From assembly GCA_031280375.1 (NCBI GenBank), contig JAITGU010000050.1:1-47075 (forward strand): DNA of 47,075 nt, given 5' to 3'. Made by a program: the position numbers and the translations under genes. The stretch comes from Candidatus Methanovirga procula (GTDB lineage: Archaea; Methanobacteriota; Methanobacteria; Methanobacteriales; Methanobacteriaceae). Below are positions 20,630 through 30,576 of the stretch, in pieces (position 1 is the first letter of the stretch; each line of letters opens with the position of its first letter). The notes under the pieces are model-generated. The model was not told the origin of the DNA. It searched no databases and was given only the letters and a program-made list of their open reading frames with translations.

Positions 20630-21550
20630 ATGTTTTTAAATTCGGTGATTTTATTGATTATTGGTGGATCAGCATCTCAAAATCTTACATCTAAAGTTGC
20701 GTCTTGTCTTGGTGAGGAATTATGCCCTATAGAAATTAAAAAATTTCCTGATGGTGAAAAATATATAAGAATTAAAGGAAAAGTAAGTGAAGAGATGGTG
20801 ATTGTCCAATCAACAGGTTATCCTCAAGATGAGAATTTAATGGAACTTATATTTTTAATTTCAAATTTAAGAGACTTAGGTGTAAAGCAAATTAAAGTTG
20901 TAATGCCTTATTTTGCCTACGGAAGACAAGAAAAATGTTTTAAAGATGGAGAAGTAATTTCTGCTAAAATAATATCTAATTTAATTGAAAATGCTGGAGC
21001 AACAGAACTTATTTCCTTAAATCTTCATGAAGATATTTTAAAAGATTTTTTTTCAATATCTGTTCATAATTTATCAGCAACACCTGTAATTGCAGAGTAT
21101 ATACGAGAAAATACAGAAAATCCTATAATTGTTGGTCCTGACAAAGGAGCAGTAGGCTTTACAACTGAAATAGCTAATATTCTTAATTGTGATTCAACTT
21201 ACTTGTCTAAAATAAGAATATCTCCAGATAAGGTTGAGACAAATGTTGTTAATGCGGGCGATGAGTCTAAAATTGATATTTCTTCAGTTGAAGGAAAAGA
21301 AGCTATTTTAGTCGATGATATAATATCTACTGGTGGCACAATAGTTAATGCAACTAAGATCTTGTTGGATTATGGAGCAAAATCTGTTGATGCTTATTGT
21401 GTTCATCCTGTTCTAGTAAACGATGCTGTACTTAAAATTTACAGTGCTGGTGTGAGAAATGTGATTGGGACTGATACTTTAACATCAGATATTAGTCATA
21501 TTTCTGTAGCAAATGTTATTGCCAATAAAATTTTGGAATTAAGAGATTAA
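20630..21550 (+). CDS. prs: Ribose-phosphate pyrophosphokinase
   Basis: PRPP synthase layout with the PRPP-binding loop ILVDDIISTGGT. The true start may be a few codons downstream (GTG 20645). Confidence 0.88.
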   Translation: MFLNSVILLIIGGSASQNLTSKVASCLGEELCPIEIKKFPDGEKYIRIKGKVSEEMVIVQSTGYPQDENLMELIFLISNLRDLGVKQIKVVMPYFAYGRQEKCFKDGEVISAKIISNLIENAGATELISLNLHEDILKDFFSISVHNLSATPVIAEYIRENTENPIIVGPDKGAVGFTTEIANILNCDSTYLSKIRISPDKVETNVVNAGDESKIDISSVEGKEAILVDDIISTGGTIVNATKILLDYGAKSVDAYCVHPVLVNDAVLKIYSAGVRNVIGTDTLTSDISHISVANVIANKILELRD

Positions 21551-21576
21551 ATCTGATGATTGTTAGGGATTGACTT

Positions 21577-22014
21577 ATGCTTTTAAAGGTTAGGAAAGAT
21601 ACACTAATAATATTATTATTAGCTTTTATGTTGATTTTCGCAGGAAGATTGATTAATTATGTTTCCTTTGCTTCTTCTTATCAAGGAAACGACGGAACTC
21701 CAATCTCTGGGGTTATGATTAAGGGTAATGATCTTGTTCCTATAGATGTTATAAAAAAGAATGTTGCAAATACAGGACTTAGAGTTGGAAGTTATATAAA
21801 AGGGAACATGCTGATAACTTCTAAAAGATCTTTGCCTTTGGATGATGCAATACGTAATGCTGAGCTTTATGCTACATTTTCAACAATTCCAGGTACTAAA
21901 TTACAACCTATTGTTGTTGCTAATGTTGTAGTAGATAATCAAACAGGAATTGTTGTTGTTAATGTTATTGAAGATTTTTCAGGAGCAATCCGCAGTGACA
22001 ATTCGACTTCTTAG
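21577..22014 (+). CDS. Membrane-anchored hypothetical protein
   Basis: 145 aa with an N-terminal TM helix and no recognisable family. It lies directly upstream of the next hypothetical gene on the same strand. Confidence 0.55.
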   Translation: MLLKVRKDTLIILLLAFMLIFAGRLINYVSFASSYQGNDGTPISGVMIKGNDLVPIDVIKKNVANTGLRVGSYIKGNMLITSKRSLPLDDAIRNAELYATFSTIPGTKLQPIVVANVVVDNQTGIVVVNVIEDFSGAIRSDNSTS

Positions 22015-22173
22015 TTTAAATATTTATTAGTTTAAAAAAATATTAATAATATTTAAATTATCTTTTTTAAAAAATTTTAATTTTGAAAATTATCAAAATT
22101 TTTAAAGTTATCAATTAAAGACAACAAAAATAAGCAAAAAATAAGACTTTTAGAAAGTAGAGGGGGGGATATT

Positions 22174-23424
22174 TTGAATAAAAATTTATTATTATCAACA
22201 TCGCTTTTTTTAGTATTTTTTTTAGTAGTTGGAAATGTTGCTGCTACAATGAATGTTGTTATTATTACAGATCCAACAGGTAAGGATTTAAATGGTGCTG
22301 CTGCTGGTAGTATGTCTTATGCAAAAAATATGTTTCAGTCTACATTTTTAATGTCTAAACTCCATAAATATGCCCTTTTATCTGGGGGTGTAGGTTCAGA
22401 GGATTTAAGGCTACATTCTATTGTTAATGCTGCTGTTGTGCTGGGTAAAGGTGGTACTGCAACTCAAGCTGCATCAGTAGCAACCTCAGAGGATCGTATT
22501 TTAGTGGGTGGACCGAATATTGGTATTGCAGTTGGAGGTTCATTTGATGCTTATGTTGTTGAAGTTAAAGATAATGGGGATATTAGTGTGACTTCCCATT
22601 CTGGGGGTCTTGCAGCTTTAAATCCAGGTAAAAAAGGAGCTATTATCCATTTGAGAAATTCATTAGGTAATCCTATGTATGGAACAGCTCAAAAAGTTCG
22701 AGAAGAAACAGCTTTAAATATTGGTAGGATGATAAGGGATGGTTACTCTGCATCAACCATTCTTGGTGATGTTTTTAAAGAGGTAGCTATTGATTCTGGT
22801 GAAGAGCATGGCGGAGGTGCCCTCAACCTAATATCTGGTACTACAACTGGGGATATGTTTACACCTATGGAATTAAATAGTTATGGTTATCCAATGAGTC
22901 AACCTTATTCTAAAATTTGTCCTTCCTGTGGTTGGAGTATTGGATTTCCAGCAGCAAATGATCATACTAACTGTCCTAATGATGACACTCCTTTAAAGAC
23001 TATTTATGCTTATGAAAGTTTAGAGAATGCAATTTTTGCTTCAGATAACTCAACATCTGTTACAGTTTATTCTGATATGCCTGGAATTTCTCAAAGTGCA
23101 ACTGAGATTATTAAATCTTCTGTGAAAAAAGATGGATATGATGTTAAGGCTATTACAGATTCAATAAATAAAGGTATTAAAAATGGCATGATTGTAGGTG
23201 TGAATTATGTAGAACCAAAGGATATTAATATTAGAGAAGATTTAAAGGCGGTTGGCGTATATTTTACTCCTCTTTCCGAGCATAGGACATCTCCACCGTG
23301 GCAATTACCTGTGAATCCATTCATTCTCACTGTAATAGGCAATATTCAAACTGTTATTGGCATTATTTTGATCCTTTTAGTAGTCTTTAGAACTATGATA
23401 ATACGATCCTTCCAAAAAAAATGA
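22174..23424 (+). CDS. Exported hypothetical protein with C-terminal TM anchor and a Cys-rich insert
   Basis: TTG start 5 nt after GAGGGGGGG. Signal-peptide-like N-terminus, CPSCGW...NCPNDD motif, and a C-terminal hydrophobic helix ending in basic residues. Confidence 0.65.
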   Translation: MNKNLLLSTSLFLVFFLVVGNVAATMNVVIITDPTGKDLNGAAAGSMSYAKNMFQSTFLMSKLHKYALLSGGVGSEDLRLHSIVNAAVVLGKGGTATQAASVATSEDRILVGGPNIGIAVGGSFDAYVVEVKDNGDISVTSHSGGLAALNPGKKGAIIHLRNSLGNPMYGTAQKVREETALNIGRMIRDGYSASTILGDVFKEVAIDSGEEHGGGALNLISGTTTGDMFTPMELNSYGYPMSQPYSKICPSCGWSIGFPAANDHTNCPNDDTPLKTIYAYESLENAIFASDNSTSVTVYSDMPGISQSATEIIKSSVKKDGYDVKAITDSINKGIKNGMIVGVNYVEPKDINIREDLKAVGVYFTPLSEHRTSPPWQLPVNPFILTVIGNIQTVIGIILILLVVFRTMIIRSFQKK

Positions 23425-23664
23425 TCTTATAAAATAATTAAATATTTGATTAATCCTTAAATGTACATTTGTTAATATATCATATAAATTAAGTATTTAT
23501 ATATCTTTTATCAGATATTTAATTAATTATAATTGTAAATATTATAAAACAACTAATATCATAAGTATTTAAAATTTTTAATTACTTTTAAAATTTCTTG
23601 ATTTAGAAATAAAATCTTTAATTTTGTAAATAATAAGGTATTTCTTAAAAACTAATTATTTTGA

Positions 23665-23880
23665 TAGTTTTTGGAAAATAACTTTTGATGAACCTTAACT
23701 TGTTAAGGTAAAGTTAGGGAACTCCAGTTCCCATTGATTTCGAACAAAGTGAGAAATTTAGGATACAAAGTATCCATTATTTCGAATTAAATGAGAAACT
23801 TAGGATACAAAGTATCCATTATTTCGAACAAAGTGAGAAACTTAGGGAATGAAATTTCCGTTTTTGAAAGGTTTTTCTAA
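23665..23880 (+). repeat. Hairpin-array element, locus E (best-preserved copy)
   Basis: Begins tagtttttggaaaataacTTTTGATGAACC. Then ccttaac-ttg-ttaagg and gggaac-tcca-gttccc. Then three modules (atttcgaacaaagtgagaaat plus ggatac-aaa-gtatcc, a second copy of that module, then plus gggaat-gaa-atttcc). Ends tttttgaaaggtttttct. Confidence 0.9.
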
Positions 23881-24078
23881 TAAATAAAATTGATTATAAA
23901 TAAATTTAGCAAAGATTATGATTAATATAAACTTTATGAAAAATTTCTATTTTGGCTTATTCTTGAACAAATAGAGTTAGGAAAATCTAATTTTTTATTT
24001 CCAGAGGTAATTATAGAAAAATTTTTTATTTATTCAAAGATTTATTAATTATAATATTAAAAACAATCAGAGGATAAT

Positions 24079-24612
24079 ATGGCATTAATTTTAATTCGTG
24101 GGGAGAATAACTCTAAATTATTAAATGCAATTGCAGATATAGAACGTCATGCAAAGTTGAAACTTATATCAAAACCTAAGGTTATTAGTGCAGCAATTGC
24201 CGATGATATAGTAGAAAAAATTTTAAAGGTTCCATTAAGGAGCCAGTCAAAAGCAGCAACATCTTTTTTTGTAAAAGAGGATATTACTTTAAGTATTATG
24301 CAAATTAAAACAATTCATCCTCCTGCTCATGTTATAGTGGTCAGTGATGAATATGAAGAATATGAACATTTAGATGCTATTTTAGATGAATGTCCTGATT
24401 TAGAAGGATACCAATCTAAAAAACCAGCAAATAACAATCAACAAAATAGTAATAGCAGTTATAGTAATGTTAACAAGCATAATTCTAATGGTGGTCATAG
24501 TAATCGTTATAACAACAACAAACCTAAAAGTAAATACAATAATGATAATGATAGCCTCTCATATCCTACTCAACTTAGAGATTATCGGAAAGATTACTTA
24601 TCAGCAGATTAA
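24079..24612 (+). CDS. Hypothetical protein with an Asn-rich C-terminal tail
   Basis: 177 aa with an AGAGGA RBS before the ATG. The N-terminal roughly 110 aa look globular, and the C-terminus is N/S/K low complexity. Confidence 0.6.
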   Translation: MALILIRGENNSKLLNAIADIERHAKLKLISKPKVISAAIADDIVEKILKVPLRSQSKAATSFFVKEDITLSIMQIKTIHPPAHVIVVSDEYEEYEHLDAILDECPDLEGYQSKKPANNNQQNSNSSYSNVNKHNSNGGHSNRYNNNKPKSKYNNDNDSLSYPTQLRDYRKDYLSAD

Positions 24613-24736
24613 AATTAGATTTTTTTTTATTTCTTTTGATCAAAAAAGAGAATTTTCATCTTTTTTTATAAAATGAACTTCTTTAAAATAAGTTTTTTAT
24701 AAAGAATCAAATAATTCTTAAAAATCATCATTTTGT

Positions 24737-24866
24737 TAGCTTTTTGAAAAATTTTATGATGAACCTTTCGCAGCAAAATGAGAAACTTATGGAATTAACT
24801 TATCGTTGTTTCGAACAGAGCGAGAACTTAGGAACCAAAGGGTCTGTTTAAAATGATCTTCTAAAA
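24737..24866 (+). repeat. Hairpin-array element, locus F (short, degenerate)
   Basis: Reads tagctttttgaaaaattTTATGATGAACCTTTcgcagcaaaatgagaaac...gtttcgaacagagcgagaac plus ggaacc-aaa-gggtct...gtttaaaatgatcttctaaaac. Confidence 0.75.
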
Positions 24867-24982
24867 CTCCACAAAAGTTTACAACCTCAATATATCAATA
24901 AATTTATATAGGATAAAAACAAAAACTTTAATTGTTGTCTTATTTTACTTGAAATCTAATTAATAAATTTGTTATTATATGT

Positions 24983-25057
<75 letters not shown>

Positions 25058-25185
25058 TTACTATTTCTTTAATTCTTTAATCACTCAATAACAGATTATC
25101 AAAACTTAAAGGGAGTATAATAATCTCAGGAGGTTTAGATATCTGGAATCAGATAAAAAAGAGTTTCCAAAAGTATCCTGCAAGA

Positions 25186-25644
25186 ATGAAAGTAGCGAAG
25201 AAAATGATCGACTTAGGTATTAGAGTTGGTGATAATCAGAAGCTATACTGTGGAAACTTAAAAATTAGTATTACTGGGATTGCAAAAGCATGCGAAGTTG
25301 ATAGAAAAGCTGTTATGGCTACAATAAATTCTATTTTAAAAGATGAATATTTAACAATCATATTTAAAAATATTATTCCTGCTGGAACATTATTAAAAAA
25401 CATTGCTCAAAATTTAGGATTAGGAGTAATTGAAATCGAAACACAAAGAGAAAACAATGGAATCTTAGCAGAGATCAGTAAATTAACATCTGACAAAAAC
25501 TTAGCTATTCGTCAAGCTCATGCTAATGACACCGAAATGGAATCATTACCGATTTTAACTATAATAACTGAAACATCAGCACCAGATGACTTAATTAAAG
25601 AAATTTTAAAAATAGAAGGAGTTATGAAAGTTTCTATTTACTAA
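25186..25644 (+). CDS. ACT-domain putative regulator of amino-acid metabolism. The N-terminus probably extends upstream (see finding).
   Basis: 152 aa from the first ATG, with an ACT-like C-terminal half (GILAEISKLTSDKNLAIRQAHAN...ILKIEGVMKVSIY). The frame is open back to 25081, and AGGAGG lies at 25128-25133. Confidence 0.7.
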   Translation: MKVAKKMIDLGIRVGDNQKLYCGNLKISITGIAKACEVDRKAVMATINSILKDEYLTIIFKNIIPAGTLLKNIAQNLGLGVIEIETQRENNGILAEISKLTSDKNLAIRQAHANDTEMESLPILTIITETSAPDDLIKEILKIEGVMKVSIY

Positions 25645-25680
25645 AAAATAAAATTAATAAAACAAAAAACTAAAGTAAAA

Positions 25681-25788
25681 AGACTGTCTATCAATTAGTT
25701 TTCACATGAAAAAATAAGACAACACAACTCTTTAAAATTAAAAATAGAGTAATTTATCTTTTAAAATCTGTATTGTTAGACTGTCTCT
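25681..25788 (+). repeat. About 105-nt TIR-bearing repeat, copy R1 (3' of hypC)
   Basis: Ends agactgtctatcaat and attgttagactgtct are inverted repeats (13 of 15). The internal core is aaaaataagacaacacaactctttaaaattaaaaatagag. Confidence 0.8.
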
Positions 25789-25865
25789 AAAAAAAAGTTA
25801 AAAAACACCATCATATTAAACTATAAAAAAAGCAAGCTCATAATCATAACTGTAAAAAAAATTGT

Positions 25866-26126
25866 TTATTTATCTAAAGAAGCATTAAGTTCATCCTCTT
25901 CATCTAATGAAGTTAATAATTCTCCCCAAGCTTCTAATGACTCTTTAGCTGTCTGATCATCTAAAACCTCAATAGCATATCCTGCATGAACAAGAACATA
26001 CTTACCTACTTCTATGCCATCAACTAAATCCAATTTTATCTGAGTTCTTACTCCTCCAAAATCAACGAAACCAACATTATTCTCCGTATCTAACTCTACA
26101 ATTTCTGCGGGGGCAGCAATACACAT
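25866..26126 (-). CDS. hypC: Hydrogenase maturation chaperone HypC/HupF
   Basis: 86 aa with the N-terminal MCIAAPAEIV motif and VLVHAGYAIEVLD, plus an acidic C-terminal extension. Confidence 0.9.
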   Translation of the reverse strand: MCIAAPAEIVELDTENNVGFVDFGGVRTQIKLDLVDGIEVGKYVLVHAGYAIEVLDDQTAKESLEAWGELLTSLDEEDELNASLDK

Positions 26127-26327
26127 AATTAATCATTCCATATTATTTTTTTATTTAACTTCCATTATGTCCATATAAAAACATTGAATATAAAAAATAT
26201 CTTATTTCACTAAAATTGACTCAAAAAGTAATAATGGTTCAAAAAGAAAATTTAATCACATATTTGAAGATTATATTATATTAATTTTACTAATACTTTT
26301 CAATGAAAAAAAATATTGAGGTTGTCT

Positions 26328-26430
26328 AACAATTATTTTTACACAAAAAATAAGATAGAACAATTCTTTAAATTAAAAATAGAGAAACAAATTTTTTACA
26401 AGTCTATTGTTAGATATCCTCTATTCTGAA
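26328..26430 (+). repeat. About 105-nt TIR-bearing repeat, copy R2 (5' of hypC)
   Basis: Ends gaggttgtctaacaat and attgttagatatcctc are inverted repeats (14 of 16). The core aaaaataagatagaacaattctttaaattaaaaatagag matches R1. Confidence 0.8.
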
Positions 26431-26671
26431 AAAAAAACAATTTAATATCATTTATTATATGTTTTATAATTAATTTCCTTATTTATTTCAAGCAAACTAT
26501 CTTTTTAAATCATTGATTACTCCATACAGCCAGAATATTATTGTCATCATTTAAAAATTGAATCTTAGCAATATTTTCTAACAGCAATACTTCATCACCA
26601 TAATAAATTGTATATTACCATAGATTTGATATTTTTCACCTAAATTGGATCATATATTCTGAAATCACTTG

Positions 26672-27826
26672 TTATCTACTGTTCCATATAGGGGACATTA
26701 AGCGTAATTTTTCAACTGATGTTTTAATAACTTCGATGACTTTTTCAACTTCTTTTTCTGTATTTTCTGGACCTAAAGTTAGGCGAAGAGAGCCGTGAGA
26801 ATCGACAACATCAAGTCCAATAGCTTTCAAAACTGGAGAAGCTTTCAATTTTTTAGATGAACATGCAGAACCAGTTGCAGCAGCTATTCCATTTCCATCA
26901 AGAAGCAATACTAAACTTTCTCCTTCAATTCCAATAAAACGGAAATTAGCTGTTCCAGGGACCATTTTTTCAATATATCCATTTAGATAAACTTCTTCAA
27001 TAGCTAATATTCCCTTAACAAGTTTTTCTTTTAAATTAGATAAATGTTTCATATTATTATCCAATTCTCTTTTGGCTAACTCAGCTGCTTTTCCAAGTCC
27101 TACCATTCCAGCGACATTTTCTGTTCCAGAATTTAAATTTTTTTCTTGTCCTCCACCATGAATAAATGGTTCTAATCTAAGTCCTTCACGAACATATAAT
27201 GCTCCAACACCTTTTGGACCATAGAGTTTATGGCTGGACATAGAAAGTAAGTCTACATTAAGATCATTAACATTAACAGGTATTTTTCCTACACTTTGAA
27301 CTGCATCTGTGTGGAAGGCTATTCCTTTTTTTTTTGCAATTTTACCTATTTCACTGATTGGCTGAATTGTACCTATTTCACTGTTTACATGCATTATAGT
27401 TATTAAAATAGTCTTATCTGTAATAGCTTCCTTCAAATCTTCCACTTTAACTATACCTTCACTATAAACTGGAAGGTATGTAATTTCAAACCCAAATTTT
27501 TCAAGAAAGGCACATGTTTCAGCGACAGCAGGGTGTTCGATTTGAGAAGTGATTATATGATTTCCTTTATCTTTATTTCTAAGTGTTACTCCTTTAATTG
27601 CCATATTATCTGATTCAGTACCGCCATTTGTAAAAATTATTTCATCTACTTTAGCTCCAATCAAATCTGCAACTTTCTCTCTTGCTTCTTCCATTCCCTT
27701 TTTTGCTTCTCTTCCAACTTTATATATTGTAGAAGGATTTCCAAAGTATTTGGTAAAATAAGGCTCCATTGCTTCAACCACTTCTTCTTTAACAGGTGTG
27801 GTGGCTGCGTGATCCATGTATATCAT
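26672..27826 (-). CDS. Cysteine desulfurase (NifS/IscS class V aminotransferase)
   Basis: 384 aa with MDHAATTP, the PLP-Lys context SSHKLYGPKGVGALYVR, and the active-site loop ATGSACSS. Confidence 0.92.
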   Translation of the reverse strand: MIYMDHAATTPVKEEVVEAMEPYFTKYFGNPSTIYKVGREAKKGMEEAREKVADLIGAKVDEIIFTNGGTESDNMAIKGVTLRNKDKGNHIITSQIEHPAVAETCAFLEKFGFEITYLPVYSEGIVKVEDLKEAITDKTILITIMHVNSEIGTIQPISEIGKIAKKKGIAFHTDAVQSVGKIPVNVNDLNVDLLSMSSHKLYGPKGVGALYVREGLRLEPFIHGGGQEKNLNSGTENVAGMVGLGKAAELAKRELDNNMKHLSNLKEKLVKGILAIEEVYLNGYIEKMVPGTANFRFIGIEGESLVLLLDGNGIAAATGSACSSKKLKASPVLKAIGLDVVDSHGSLRLTLGPENTEKEVEKVIEVIKTSVEKLRLMSPIWNSR

Positions 27827-28330
27827 ATTTGATCTCCTGTTTTTTGTTAAAAGTTGATTATTTAAAAGTTGATTATAATTTATTTAATAATGTATAATAT
27901 TTAATAAAATTTTTTTTAATAAAACTTTTTTAGTAAAATTTAAAAATTTTTGGATTTTCTTTTTATAACTCATTATCTTTGTTATAAGTCATTGATCTAA
28001 TTTTATAATTAATAATCTCCAACTTGTAAAAATAATAACCATTTATATTTTATATTTTATTTTATAAAAATTTTTTTATAAAACTTCTATTAAACTATTG
28101 GAAAATAGAGTAATTAAAGAATATAATAGTTTAAATAATTTAAAAACATGACTAATATAAACTATTACAAAAATCTAATTAAGAAAATATAATTAATTAA
28201 AAAACATCATAAACAAAAATATATTAAATATATAACCAATATTAACTATATTTTGATAAATAAGTTTTAAATGAGTACAATAAATCTTAAATGAATATGA
28301 TAAAGTTTAAAAGGATTAATCCTTAAAAAT

Positions 28331-29797
28331 TCAGTTGGTAAATAAATGACTAATTTGATCAATTGTGATTATTCCTACAAGTTTTAAATCATCAGATACA
28401 ACAGGTAAGGCAGAAATATTATATTTCTTCATTTTACGAGCTACATCATCAATTGAATCAGCTAAGTTACAAATCTTAACATCACGAGTCATAATAGCTT
28501 CAAGATTATCGCATTCAGTAGCTATTGATTTAGATAAATCCCAAGCTGTAATAATACCAATTAAAACTTTATCTTTAGTTATAACTGGAACATGAGTTAT
28601 TTGTCTGTCCATCATCAAAATAGCTACATCTTCAACATCAGCATCAGAACTTATTGTTGCAATATCTCTTTCAACAATATCTTCAACATATAAATCATCT
28701 AAAAACTTAGATATTAAATAATTCAGTTGACCATCTTCTAAAAGGAATGCATCATGCCCATAAGGCGATTCCAATTCACTATAACTAACATCAACATCAT
28801 TTGCTTTAAGAGCAGTTAATATATCTTTAGACTGGCTTGGAGGATATAACCAATCAGTGTTAATAGCTATTAGTTTAACCTTCGCTTCAATATTTTTAAA
28901 TCCTTCAATTAAAGACCCATTCTTTGATAAATCAAAGTAATCAATAGATTTTGTAATATAAATATAAGAATTGGCATCAAATCGTTTAACAAAAGATTCA
29001 CCTTGGTGATGAAGATAACTTTCAACTTGGAAATCTAAATCAACATCATAACTAAGTTCTTGTTTATCCTGAAGATCGCGTCCAAACTTCTCGTACATTG
29101 ATTCATCACTAAGATAGGTTATATGAGCTATCATTCGAGCTATTGAAAGACCATTCTCAACTCTTCCTTTACCATAATAGTTTCCATTATTCCAATTTAT
29201 ATCTGTGATTATGGCTTGTCTTCCAACTTCATTGAAAGCTATTTGTTGTGGAGAAGATCGAGAGGTTGTAGCTATTGCAACAATTTTTTTAACCATTTCT
29301 GGATATGAGACCATCCATTGTAATACTTGCATTCCACCCATTGACCCTCCAACAGCAGAAAATAGCTGTTTTATACCAAAAGATTCTACAAGCTTTTTTT
29401 CTGCCTTAACCATATCTTTAATTGTCACAACTGGAAAACCAATGCCATATTCTTTTCCTGTATCTGGATTGATAGTCGCTGGTCCAGTAGAACCTTTACA
29501 GCCACCAATGACATTTGAAGAGATTATGAAATATTTTTCTGTATCCAATGATTTTCCAGGACCTATTACTATTTCCCACCATCCAGGTTTTTTATCTCCT
29601 TTATGCCATCCAGCTGCATGAGCATCACCAGAAAGTGCATGACAAATTAATATTGCATTATTCTTTTCTTTATTTAATTTTCCGTATGTTTCATAAGCTA
29701 TTGTAACATTTTTTAATATTTTACCTGATTCTAATTCCAAATCAGTTTTAATATTAAAAAATTCTGTTTGAACACTACCGACTGACTCTTTCTTCAT
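28331..29797 (-). CDS. metX: Homoserine O-acetyltransferase with a C-terminal tandem CBS pair
   Basis: Alpha/beta-hydrolase MetX core (nucleophile context GGSMGGMQ) followed by two CBS-like repeats ([20 protein letters not shown] and [20 protein letters not shown]). Confidence 0.92.
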   Translation of the reverse strand: MKKESVGSVQTEFFNIKTDLELESGKILKNVTIAYETYGKLNKEKNNAILICHALSGDAHAAGWHKGDKKPGWWEIVIGPGKSLDTEKYFIISSNVIGGCKGSTGPATINPDTGKEYGIGFPVVTIKDMVKAEKKLVESFGIKQLFSAVGGSMGGMQVLQWMVSYPEMVKKIVAIATTSRSSPQQIAFNEVGRQAIITDINWNNGNYYGKGRVENGLSIARMIAHITYLSDESMYEKFGRDLQDKQELSYDVDLDFQVESYLHHQGESFVKRFDANSYIYITKSIDYFDLSKNGSLIEGFKNIEAKVKLIAINTDWLYPPSQSKDILTALKANDVDVSYSELESPYGHDAFLLEDGQLNYLISKFLDDLYVEDIVERDIATISSDADVEDVAILMMDRQITHVPVITKDKVLIGIITAWDLSKSIATECDNLEAIMTRDVKICNLADSIDDVARKMKKYNISALPVVSDDLKLVGIITIDQISHLFTN

Positions 29798-30098
29798 GAA
29801 ATCCCTAATAAAATTGGATATATTGATAAAATCATTATTAATAAAATTTACAAGATTAATAACATATTAATTTAATGACATACTAATAAAAAGATTATAT
29901 TCAAATAGAAGTTATATTAATTATTTCTTATTTTAATTATAAATAGACTAATATCCATTTTAAACATGAGTTCTTTTTTAAGATACAAATTCCTAAAATT
30001 AATAATTAAATCAATATAACTATTGTTATATTTTGTTATATTGGATATAAATATTTTGTTGAACCTTTTTGTTTTGATGAAAACAAAGAATACTTAAC

Positions 30099-30397
30099 TT
30101 ATTCATATTCAATATGTATTTTCTTCACTCGTCTATCATTATCATCATCAATTAAAATTAAATTCCTTCCATTTTTAAGCATTATAATTCCATATTCTTT
30201 ACCATGACCACACAAACATATTAGGCTCCTTCCACATAACCAATACACTGATCATACCCTTCTTGTGTAGGTAGTTTTCCACATCGAAGACAGAGTCTTG
30301 AATCATTTACTATTTCTTTTGTATCTAAATAAATATCTTTTTCTCCATTAGACCATCTAATAACAATTTCATGTCCCCAGAACATACTTCTTCCCAT
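30099..30397 (-). pseudogene. Small Cys-rich protein (CxxC ... CGHG motif), frameshifted
   Basis: MGRSMFWGHEIVIRWSNGEKDIYLDTKEIVNDSRLCLRCGKLPTQEGYDQCIGYVEGA stops at 30221-30223. Another frame continues CLCGHGKEYGIIMLKNGRNLILIDDDNDRRVKKIHIEYE to the stop at 30099-30101. Confidence 0.4.
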
Positions 30398-30576
30398 ATT
30401 TTTTCATTTAACTCAACCAATTAAATTAATTTTATTTTAATTTTTAGAGAATATTCATAAACTTAATTTTGTTTATTAAAAGTAATAAAATTTACCATAA
30501 CATCTGATACTGCAACCAAAAAAGTAAGTCAAGAAGTTTTTTCTATAAAACTATAATCTAAATATGTATTATTGAA

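Noticed and set aside
26500-26671. Fragmentary minus-strand reading frames downstream of the cysteine desulfurase gene (…YYGDEVLLLENIAKIQFLNDDNNILAVWSNQ), checked as a possible NifU/IscU partner.
   Set aside because: It has no IscU/NifU motifs (no Cys-rich scaffold signature), is broken by stops, and is too short to assign.
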